Part shown: positions 9,002 through 16,657 of the stretch, piece by piece
Layout of the letters: the number at the start of each line of letters is the position of its first letter
Position numbering within the stretch: position 1 is the first letter of the stretch
Source: Bdellovibrionales bacterium
Lineage (GTDB): Bacteria; Bdellovibrionota; Bdellovibrionia; Bdellovibrionales; UBA1609
NCBI GenBank assembly: GCA_050246815.1
Contig: JBFWVI010000045.1
Coordinates: 1-24,564 of the forward strand
Length of the DNA stretch: 24,564 nt
Direction of reading: 5' to 3'
Translations under genes and position numbers: made by a program
Notes under the pieces: model-generated
Told to the model about the DNA's origin: nothing
What the model saw: the letters and a program-made list of their open reading frames with translations, nothing else
The model's database searches: none

Positions 9002-9541
9002 TTACGGCAAAAGCAAAGCCGGTTTCAATTTATGAAACCATTGGTTCCACCATTTTTGTGGAGGTTGGTTTAAACTTTCATTGAAGTGTGGTGCCAACTC
9101 TTGATACCGACTACGCGCGGCCGCGATACGTGATTCAGCACGGCTCAATTGTTCTTTCACCGCCGCGTGTTCGCCCCTATTGATTTTTTTGTCGGCTTCT
9201 AACGCGGCGTTGAAATCCACCAACGCGGTACTCAAGGCCGTTTGAAAACTGATCATGCGATTGATTTGGATTTCATCAAGTTGCTCAGGCGGAATGTCGA
9301 TGCCAACGGCTTGCCTGTGGGCCTGCACCATGTTCGGAATTTGTTTGGCCCAAACTGCGTCTTTGCGCCCCTCGACCAGCTTGAGCAACTGGGGCACAAT
9401 ATCGGCTCGCAGGCGGTATTGAACCATCACGTCCTTAAGCGCCTGATCAGCCTCAGCCTTCATTTTGGGCAATTCTTTGATGCCGCAGCCCAGTAGGCCA
9501 AAACATATTCCTAAAAGCGCAATAAAGCCCCGTACTCGCAT
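9002..9541 (-). CDS. lemA: LemA family protein (lipoprotein-like N-terminus)
   Basis: YRLRADIVPQLL and LSRAESRIAAARSRY match LemA motifs (YQRRADLIPNL / ENRIAVAR). G-rich RBS before ATG 9541. Confidence 0.8.
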   Translation of the reverse strand: MRVRGFIALLGICFGLLGCGIKELPKMKAEADQALKDVMVQYRLRADIVPQLLKLVEGRKDAVWAKQIPNMVQAHRQAVGIDIPPEQLDEIQINRMISFQTALSTALVDFNAALEADKKINRGEHAAVKEQLSRAESRIAAARSRYQELAPHFNESLNQPPQKWWNQWFHKLKPALLLP

Positions 9542-9742
9542 ATTCCCCCCAACAAGAAGCAATAGGGATTTAAGCCTAGCGGAGCCTGTGCATTTACGCA
9601 ATTTTGACTAAGCAGTGCACAATGTCGAAAGTGTTGCCTAGCAAATGCATTTATAAAGTAAAAAAAAGCGGACTCTGTTGGCATGAATGATGAAATGGTT
9701 AAGGGCACAGGCAATGACCTTTGCCCTGGGCCTTGCAAGCAG

Positions 9743-9775
9743 GATGGGACTGAATAATTCAGTCCCATCTTTTTT
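9743..9775 (+). terminator. Intrinsic terminator-like hairpin with U-tract on the plus strand
   Basis: GATGGGACTGAA-TAA-TTCAGTCCCATC followed by TTTTTT. Confidence 0.65.
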
Positions 9776-9779
9776 CTCT

Positions 9780-10163
9780 TTATGCCTTTTTTTGATGTTT
9801 GGCCGACACCACGGTGTGGATATTGCCACGCACATTGAAGTCCCCGACCACTTCCAGCTCCCAAGGGTCTAAAAGTTTGACCAAATCGTCCAGAATGCGA
9901 TTGGTAACGTCCTCGTGAAAGACCTTTTGCTGTCGAAAACCATTGATATAAAGCTTCAGGGACTTCAGCTCCACACACCACAGGTGGGGTACATACTTAA
10001 TCCGAATGGTTGCAAAGTCCGGGAATCCACTGCGTGGACAAATGCATGTGAACTCAGGGCAGGAGAATTCCACCTGATAACGGCGCACTTGCGTGCGGTT
10101 TTCGAATCTTTCTAACTCATTGTTTTCAATAGCAATTTCGCCATACAACTGAGTCTTATTCAT
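9780..10163 (-). CDS. queF: PreQ1 synthase (7-cyano-7-deazaguanine reductase), short type I
   Basis: EFTCICPRSGFPDFA (catalytic Cys/Asp), VELKSLKLY QueF motif, FHE, NVRGNI. Confidence 0.96.
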   Translation of the reverse strand: MNKTQLYGEIAIENNELERFENRTQVRRYQVEFSCPEFTCICPRSGFPDFATIRIKYVPHLWCVELKSLKLYINGFRQQKVFHEDVTNRILDDLVKLLDPWELEVVGDFNVRGNIHTVVSAKHQKKA

Positions 10164-10322
10164 AAACACCGCCGAACGAATTTAAATGGCATTAGCCGAT
10201 TTTGATGGCTAATTGGTCATTCTTTAGACATCACTTTGCTGCAATTTTGTTGTCGACGTGGGTAACAGTTTTACGCTAAAAACGCAATGCGCAAAAATCA
10301 TGATTCTGAGTGGGAAATCCAC

Positions 10323-10349
10323 TCAAGAGATTTAGGATTAGTCCGATGA
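10323..10349 (+). promoter_or_regulatory. Putative sigma28 (FliA) promoter
   Basis: TCAA-N15-TCCGATGA versus consensus TAAA-N15-GCCGATAA. Confidence 0.45.
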
Positions 10350-10357
10350 AACTATTG

Positions 10358-10903
10358 ATGAGCAAAAGTTTGGCTGTACTACTTTTAGGCACCCTAATGA
10401 TGGCGTTAAGCGCCTGCCAAAGTACGACCAAACTGGCTGGCTGTGAAAGCACAGACTGGTATGAACTGGGTCGCCGCGCAGGGACAACCGGATTGCCCAG
10501 TCAAAACAGCCTCGAAAAGCGCCGCTGTGGCCGGCACTTCGACCCGCCCAGTGAAGCCATTTATGTCAACGGGTACAACAATGGGCTTTCTGAATACTGC
10601 ACGCCCGACAACGGTTACGCCTTGGGTAAGGCCGGCAGCAGCTTAAACAAAGTGTGCCCCCGCCCCATCGATCAAGATTTTGTGGCTGGCTACAATCGCG
10701 GCAAAAAAGTGCGCGAACTTGAAAACGTGAATCAAAATTTAGATCGCAAGATCTCATCTTTAAACCAGAAGCTGAAAAGCGCCAAAGAAAGCGGCGCCAA
10801 GACCGGCGAGCACGGTGCGCTGGTTTCTGAACTCACTGGCCTGCAACAAGAACTTCAGGCCAACCGCCGCCGCATGACCCAAATCGAAAAACAAGTGAAT
10901 TAA
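10358..10903 (+). CDS. DUF2799-like lipoprotein with C-terminal coiled coil
   Basis: Lipobox LSAC; CESTDWYELG..YVNGYNNGLSEYCTPDNGYALG..VCP pattern. Start at 10346 or 10358. Confidence 0.82.
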   Translation: MSKSLAVLLLGTLMMALSACQSTTKLAGCESTDWYELGRRAGTTGLPSQNSLEKRRCGRHFDPPSEAIYVNGYNNGLSEYCTPDNGYALGKAGSSLNKVCPRPIDQDFVAGYNRGKKVRELENVNQNLDRKISSLNQKLKSAKESGAKTGEHGALVSELTGLQQELQANRRRMTQIEKQVN

Positions 10904-11011
10904 TTGCGGCCGACCTGCTGCTCAACGGTCAAAAATTGTGAATCGGTGGCTCGAGAAAAATCCCTATGTGGCATGCGAAAAAGGAACACAAGTACCTTAT
11001 GAAGGGCTCAA

Positions 11012-11428
11012 TTATGGGAAAATATGGTTCATGTAGTCCGTGATGTTACCCAAATGATTTCCTGACTGGCCATTTGTAATACTCATTAATTTGTGAGTTT
11101 TTTTGTCAAGTTCCAGCTTTGTCTCTTCACCATATTTGATTTCGATTGTTTCGATTTCACACATTTTTTTGCCGCCAATTTCGCAAGCAGCCACTGCATT
11201 TTCAGGAAAACTTTCAAGCATGTGAACAACTTGGCTCATCTGATTCGCATTTGAAAAGGAGTCCCATGAGACTGTGATTTTCAGCTTCTTCTTGCATTTG
11301 CAGTGGGAGTCAAAAGCTTTCTGCGCGTTGTCTATCAATTCTTTATGGTTGGGCAGTGGATTCATGGCAAGAGCAGAATTCACAAACATATTTGCCACCA
11401 ACAAGGTCATCATAGCCGCTTTTTTCAT
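11012..11428 (-). CDS. Small secreted hypothetical protein (AT-rich gene)
   Basis: AGGGA RBS, ATG 11428, signal peptide MKKAAMMTLLVANMFVNSALA, four Cys. Confidence 0.75.
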   Translation of the reverse strand: MKKAAMMTLLVANMFVNSALAMNPLPNHKELIDNAQKAFDSHCKCKKKLKITVSWDSFSNANQMSQVVHMLESFPENAVAACEIGGKKMCEIETIEIKYGEETKLELDKKTHKLMSITNGQSGNHLGNITDYMNHIFP

Positions 11429-11508
11429 TTTTTCCCTGATGTTGTTTTTAAAGAATAACCGTTCCCACCGATTTTGGGCCAATGACACAAGTTTGTCATC
11501 CCAAAAAA

Positions 11509-12261
11509 TCACTCCCGCGCCATCAATTTGCTTAAAATTGCCTCTGGACGATCAAGGCATCGCAGATAATAATTCGCGAGCACCTGTAGCCGGTCGGCCT
11601 CGCTTAAATCGCCACCACCCACGGTGCGCTCCCGTTCGCGCCAAGCGTGGTAAAAGGTCAGGGCGGCCGCCACCGAAATGTTAAAACTTTGGGTAAAGCC
11701 CTGCATAGGAATGATAAAGCGGCCATCGACGGCATCCAGCATCTCTTTAGAAACTCCGTCTTTTTCGTTACCCAAAACGACTGCAGTTGGTTTTCTGAAA
11801 TCGACTTTTTCAATTGATACGGCGGACTCTAAATGAGTGGCATAGACCTGAAATCCGCGCTGATGAAGATGGGCCACACAATCTTTGGGCGAACGGTACA
11901 GGTGAACGTCCAGCCATTTGTCCGCGCCCCTGGCAACCCGATTAGCCGCCTTAAAACGCGAACCCGGTGGAATCACCAAATCAAACTCCAAAAAGCCAAA
12001 GGCTTCACAGCTGCGCATGACCGCACTGATATTGCCCAAGTCATAAGGATTCTCAAAAACAGGCACAAAAGAGTATGTCCGTTTGGCCACGACCTGCTCG
12101 AGCCGCTGACGCCGCTCATCGGTCAATAGTGGGCCAATGCGAGCAACAATTTCAGCCGCGCTCAGCTGCAAATCGCCAACGACCAGCGGCCCCTGGCGGG
12201 TTAAACGCGAACGTGAAAATTCTAAAATTTCATCGGGCAAGCCGTCTAAATTGACGTCCAT
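11509..12261 (-). CDS. trmH: TrmH/SpoU family tRNA 2'-O-methyltransferase
   Basis: ENPYDLGNISAVMRSCEAFG, GADKW, VLGNEKDGVS, IPMQGFTQSFNISVA (SPOUT motifs 1-3). Confidence 0.9.
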   Translation of the reverse strand: MDVNLDGLPDEILEFSRSRLTRQGPLVVGDLQLSAAEIVARIGPLLTDERRQRLEQVVAKRTYSFVPVFENPYDLGNISAVMRSCEAFGFLEFDLVIPPGSRFKAANRVARGADKWLDVHLYRSPKDCVAHLHQRGFQVYATHLESAVSIEKVDFRKPTAVVLGNEKDGVSKEMLDAVDGRFIIPMQGFTQSFNISVAAALTFYHAWRERERTVGGGDLSEADRLQVLANYYLRCLDRPEAILSKLMARE

Positions 12262-12277
12262 GAATCCTCACTGGCCT

Positions 12278-13129
12278 TTAAGCCGTGGGGTCTTTTATCA
12301 CATCTTTCAGCTTCTGCCGCATAAAACTGGGCAAAGCAAAGGCCGCACGGTGCAAATCCGCGTTGTAGTAAAAGAAGTCCACTGCGCCCAACTTTTCGGG
12401 CTTAAAGTCATTCAACGGATGAAGGCTCATACTGGCGTAAAAGAAGCTCCATAAACCACCCGGGTAAGTCATGTTGGTGAAGTTGTAAGGTTTCACCACC
12501 TTAAAAAATGGAGCCAAAATCTTGAGCAGCGCGTGTTGGGTTTCGGCCTCATAAAAAGGAGTCTCTCCTTGCGCCACCACAATCCCCTGGGGCGCCAACC
12601 GCTGGATCACATTGCTATAAAATTCAGACCCAAAAAGAGGCGCCGCGGGTCCCACCGGGTCTGTTGAGTCAATCAAGATCACATCAAATTGCGAGCGGTC
12701 TTCTGCCATAAAACGCACACCATCGCCGATGATCAGCTTCAAACGTGGATTTGAAAATACACTGGAGGTTCGCGGAATAAATTGCCGACACCCCTCGACC
12801 ACCGCCCCGTCGATTTCGACCATCACACACTCTTCGACATTTTTATGCCGTAAAACTTCGCGAGCCGTCCCACCATCGCCGCCACCGATCACCAACACTC
12901 GCTTTGGATTGGGGTGCACGAACAGGGGAACATGAGCTATCATCTCGTGATAGATGGCCTCATCACGCTCGCTGAGCATGACACAACCGTCATTGAAAAG
13001 CATACGGCCGTGGTGTGTGCTTTCAACGATCTCAACCTTTTGAAATTCGCTCTGCCGGCTGAACAAACGCTTCTTCACCTCAAAGCTCATGGTCAGACCC
13101 TCTTTGTATTTCTCTTCGATATGGGACAT
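12278..13129 (-). CDS. speE: Polyamine aminopropyltransferase (spermidine synthase)
   Basis: SEFQKVEI, YHEMIAHVPL, VLVIGGGDGG, VEID, DSTDPVGPA. GAGG RBS before ATG 13129. Confidence 0.96.
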   Translation of the reverse strand: MSHIEEKYKEGLTMSFEVKKRLFSRQSEFQKVEIVESTHHGRMLFNDGCVMLSERDEAIYHEMIAHVPLFVHPNPKRVLVIGGGDGGTAREVLRHKNVEECVMVEIDGAVVEGCRQFIPRTSSVFSNPRLKLIIGDGVRFMAEDRSQFDVILIDSTDPVGPAAPLFGSEFYSNVIQRLAPQGIVVAQGETPFYEAETQHALLKILAPFFKVVKPYNFTNMTYPGGLWSFFYASMSLHPLNDFKPEKLGAVDFFYYNADLHRAAFALPSFMRQKLKDVIKDPTA

Positions 13130-13130
13130 C

Positions 13131-14072
13131 TTAGACCTCAAGAATTTGCGACGGCTGCACCGCCGAATGGGTCAGGTAGTGCGAAGTGTAGTTCACCCGG
13201 TAACCGCATTTGAGTTTTTCTTCGACCCGATTGACCCGCCAATAATCCGGAGCCTCGAAAGAAACCTGTTTGTCATCGGGGCGAAAGGTCATCACGTCAA
13301 ATGACTGTGGCTGAAAGCGAGTCACCACTTGGCTTAAGACCTGGGACAAATTTTCGCCAAAGTCGGCGTTGGTCTCAAGGCTGACATAAGACCCGCCGTC
13401 TTGAGGGGTCACATGAATGGTGACATAACGTTTACCTTTAATGCCATTCACCGAGTAGCCGACGGGTTCGAACAAATAGTCGTCCCAGGCATAGCCTGGA
13501 AAAATGCCGTCCAACTGCAGGTAATGGCGAATCGTGGCGATCTGCTGGCCCTTTGAGCCAAATAAATCACGGGCCGCCCCGCCGATATGATGCATCAGCA
13601 GTTCGGTGGTCACATCGCCGCGGGCAGGTTTAAATGGACGATCCAGGTGAAACAAGAAAATGTGGTGTTCGCCGGCGTGGCCAAAACGATAGGCATGCCC
13701 CGGTGCCAAGCGACGAATAGTATCTAGGTCAGAAAAGAAATCCGTTTTTTGCTGGCGCGGAAAATATTCGTTTTTGCGCTCGAACACCAAAAATTCAATT
13801 TTGTCGATGGGCACAGTTTGTAAAAAAATGGGCAGGGCTTGCACCAAGGTGGTTCGGCCACAGGTGATCATGGTGAATTTGTGCTCCCAAACAAAAAGGC
13901 TGGATTCGGACAACAAATAGGCGTCACAATCGGCCCGGTGAAGTTTCGACAAAACTTGTGCATCCACGCTTTGCACCAGCCGATACCAAAAATCATCGCC
14001 GCGTGTGCGCAAGTCGCCCACTTCAGAAGCAACGACCACCTCTAATTTTTTTTCAGATCCTTCGAATAACAA
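13131..14072 (-). CDS. speD: S-adenosylmethionine decarboxylase proenzyme, eukaryotic-type (class II)
   Basis: FEGSEKKLE, YLLSE/SSLFV pyruvoyl cleavage site, TCG, FEPVGYSVNG, TIHVTP, SYVSLETN. TTG start with GGAGG RBS. Confidence 0.92.
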   Translation of the reverse strand: MLFEGSEKKLEVVVASEVGDLRTRGDDFWYRLVQSVDAQVLSKLHRADCDAYLLSESSLFVWEHKFTMITCGRTTLVQALPIFLQTVPIDKIEFLVFERKNEYFPRQQKTDFFSDLDTIRRLAPGHAYRFGHAGEHHIFLFHLDRPFKPARGDVTTELLMHHIGGAARDLFGSKGQQIATIRHYLQLDGIFPGYAWDDYLFEPVGYSVNGIKGKRYVTIHVTPQDGGSYVSLETNADFGENLSQVLSQVVTRFQPQSFDVMTFRPDDKQVSFEAPDYWRVNRVEEKLKCGYRVNYTSHYLTHSAVQPSQILEV

Positions 14073-14119
14073 AGGTCACCCTCCGATTTTCAATATCCTA
14101 AAGCCCAAGTCAGTTTTTA

Positions 14120-15244
14120 TCATTCAGGTAAATGCTCAAACCACCAACGGATGGCCATTTCGGTCAGATAAAGCGAGCCTCGCTTCGAAGCCACCGTCAG
14201 GGTGAAGGGCAATCGCAAGGTTTCCTGGCCCATCTTGTCACCTTGAGTCCACCCCACGATAAAGCTTTGCAGTTCTTGATCCGGTTTTAAAAAAAGCCCG
14301 AGACCTTCAGTCATGGCTTGCAATCCGTTTTGAACCTGTGAATCGGCCTTCATCGTGGTCAAACTCAAATTCACCGGCCACCCCTCGTCAAGTCCCGAAA
14401 CCCTTTGGGCCAAACGGCCTTGGCTGGCCTGATCCAAAGCGTGAACAACGGGCGCATCCTTTATTTTTTCAAATAAAAACCGCAGCAAATCCTCGCGATC
14501 ACGGGCAACAATCCAAGGCTTTAATGCCCGCTCCAGTTTTTCGACGACTTTTTCGGCCGGCTTCTCACCGCGCGGAATCCATAATTTCACTTTCACGTAG
14601 GGCAAAGTGGCGCGGTAACCAATCTGGTAACCACTGCCCGCGACCGCCTCCTCCGCGGCCTCGGCGGCTTCAGACTCAGTGACACCCAGGCAGGTCCAAA
14701 TTTTTAGAAGGGATGTTTTGCCAGCACTTAGTTTTCGCAATCTTGGCACAACCTCAAGATCCCACATGCCTTCGATCTCACGCGGCGGTCCTGGCAGCAC
14801 CACGATTTTGCAGCCCTGATGCTCACACAAAAAACCATGGGCCGTGCCCACATGATTGCGTAAAACTTCAGCCTGCTTGGGAAAATAGCATTGCTGTCGA
14901 TGGGCGGGGCGAATGGTCAACCCACGCTCTTGATAAAGTTGGTTCATCTGCCGCCAAATGTCTTCGTTGAATTCGAGGGGTTGTCCACACCAATCGGCAA
15001 TCACTTCGCGGGTGAAATCGTCAGAAGTCGGCCCAAGCCCGCCCGTCACCACCAAAACCGTGTTTTTGCGCTGCAACCAAGTTAAGGTCTCGTGAATGGT
15101 CTGGCGCTCATCCGGCACCACGACCTGTGAATGAATCTGAAAGCCCAAATCCTCGAGCTTATCACCCAACCAGGCCCCGTTGCTATTGATGATCTCGCCG
15201 CTGGTGAGTTCAGTGCCCACGGCTAAAATGGCGGTTGTCGGCAT
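14120..15244 (-). CDS. cinA: CinA-like protein (COG1058 N-terminal domain, degenerate C-terminal PncC domain)
   Basis: AVGTELTSGEIINSN, TGGLGPTSDDFTRE, NHVGTAHG, LPGPPRE. Confidence 0.88.
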   Translation of the reverse strand: MPTTAILAVGTELTSGEIINSNGAWLGDKLEDLGFQIHSQVVVPDERQTIHETLTWLQRKNTVLVVTGGLGPTSDDFTREVIADWCGQPLEFNEDIWRQMNQLYQERGLTIRPAHRQQCYFPKQAEVLRNHVGTAHGFLCEHQGCKIVVLPGPPREIEGMWDLEVVPRLRKLSAGKTSLLKIWTCLGVTESEAAEAAEEAVAGSGYQIGYRATLPYVKVKLWIPRGEKPAEKVVEKLERALKPWIVARDREDLLRFLFEKIKDAPVVHALDQASQGRLAQRVSGLDEGWPVNLSLTTMKADSQVQNGLQAMTEGLGLFLKPDQELQSFIVGWTQGDKMGQETLRLPFTLTVASKRGSLYLTEMAIRWWFEHLPE

Positions 15245-15280
15245 GCCTTTTTTCCCTCTCTATGGCAGTATCTAAGACCG

Positions 15281-16627
15281 ATGGTAAAAAAGAAGCAAAT
15301 CGAGAATTTAAAAACCCGTTTGGCCGCCCGGGGCTGGTCCCTGGCTAAGACAGGCCTAAAAGCCGGAAGCCTTGCGGCACAGCAAGCCATTAAAACCGCC
15401 TTCACCGCCGCCGACAAACGCGACGGAGCTTGGGCGAAGTACGTGCTGCAACAAGCCCAAGTGTTGACCCAAGAACTGGGTCAACTCAAAGGCAGCGCCA
15501 TGAAGGTGGGGCAATTGCTTTCCACTTACGGCGAACACTTTTTGCCCAAAGAGGCCAATCAGGTTTTAAAATCGCTGCAGGCGGATTCACCCTCGCTGGC
15601 TTGGCCGGCCGTAAAAAAACAGATGGACAAACAACTGGGTGCGGATGTTTTAAGTGAGCTTGAAATTGATACCACGCCTTGGGCCTCGGCCTCGATTGGT
15701 CAAGTGCACCGGGCCCGGCGCAAAAGTGATGGCCAAGAACTAGCCATGAAAATCCAGTATCCAGGCGTCGACGGCGCCATTGAAACCGATCTTAAATTTT
15801 TGCGCACCATTTTATCGATGGGCCAGTGGCTGCCAAAGGGCGCGCGCTTTGACGCGATCTTCGACGAAGTTCGCGAAATGCTTTACCGCGAGGTGGACTA
15901 CCGCAATGAAATTGCAGCCACGCAACTGATGGCCGACAAATTGAATAATGAACCCCGCTATCGCGTGGCTCAAGTCTTTTCGCGCTATAGTAATCAACGC
16001 CTCATCACCACAGAGTTTTTAGCCGGAGATCCGGTCGATGGCCAAAGTGTGCAAAACCTTTCGCTCGAACGCCGAAACCGTTTAGGCCTGGCTTTTCTTG
16101 AACTTTATTTGCGCGAGTTGTTTGAATTCAAATTGGTGCAAACCGATCCTCACTTCGGCAATTACCGCGTGCAGATCGACCCGACCTCGGCGGGGCAAGA
16201 TTGTTTGATCCTGTTTGATTTCGGCGCCATGCGTGAGGTGCCAGATGATTTTTTATGCAATTTTGCGAAGGTGATGAAGGGCGGTTTGCTGCGTGATGCT
16301 GCGTTGGTGGAAGATGGCGGCCGCGCACTGAATATTCTGCTACCGGATGATCCACCCGAATTGATCCGCCACTACGTCGAACTCTGTTTTCTGATCACCG
16401 AACCCTTCGCTGGCGGCGAATACGACTGGGGCGCCTCGGATTTACCCAAACGAGTCGCTAAACGCGGCTCAGAAATGGTTTTTTCTCATAGCTTACGTGC
16501 CCCGCCCCAAGAAACGGTCTTTTTAGATCGCAAGCTGGGCGGCACCTTTGTGTTCCTTTCGGTGCTCAAATGCCGCCTGGACGCCCGCCCGATGCTACTG
16601 GAATTCCTAGAGAAATTCGGCCATTAG
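15281..16627 (+). CDS. ABC1/UbiB (COQ8-like) atypical kinase
   Basis: KxGQ (MKVGQ), ASASIGQVH, AMKIQYPG, QTDPHFGN, DFG. Confidence 0.93.
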   Translation: MVKKKQIENLKTRLAARGWSLAKTGLKAGSLAAQQAIKTAFTAADKRDGAWAKYVLQQAQVLTQELGQLKGSAMKVGQLLSTYGEHFLPKEANQVLKSLQADSPSLAWPAVKKQMDKQLGADVLSELEIDTTPWASASIGQVHRARRKSDGQELAMKIQYPGVDGAIETDLKFLRTILSMGQWLPKGARFDAIFDEVREMLYREVDYRNEIAATQLMADKLNNEPRYRVAQVFSRYSNQRLITTEFLAGDPVDGQSVQNLSLERRNRLGLAFLELYLRELFEFKLVQTDPHFGNYRVQIDPTSAGQDCLILFDFGAMREVPDDFLCNFAKVMKGGLLRDAALVEDGGRALNILLPDDPPELIRHYVELCFLITEPFAGGEYDWGASDLPKRVAKRGSEMVFSHSLRAPPQETVFLDRKLGGTFVFLSVLKCRLDARPMLLEFLEKFGH

Positions 16628-16629
16628 CC

Positions 16630-16645
16630 TGGCCTGAGGGTTGCA
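16630..16645 (+). promoter_or_regulatory. Putative sigma54 promoter
   Basis: TGGCCT-GAGGG-TTGCA (GG-N10-GC), 12 nt before ATG 16658. Confidence 0.55.
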
Positions 16646-16657
16646 CGTAAATTTTGC

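Noticed and set aside
9761..9776. Similarity of AGTCCCATCTTTTTTC to the palindrome arm AGGCCCTTCTTTTTC
   Set aside because: Short, low-complexity match with different architecture; cannot be supported without genome-wide counts.
10164..10260. PreQ1 riboswitch upstream of queF (ATTAGCC..GGCTAAT hairpin)
   Set aside because: Lacks the preQ1-I loop consensus and A-rich tail; only a 7-bp stem.
13129..13133. Programmed frameshift or readthrough giving a SpeD-SpeE fusion
   Set aside because: No slippery sequence, and speE has its own GAGG RBS; translational coupling is sufficient.
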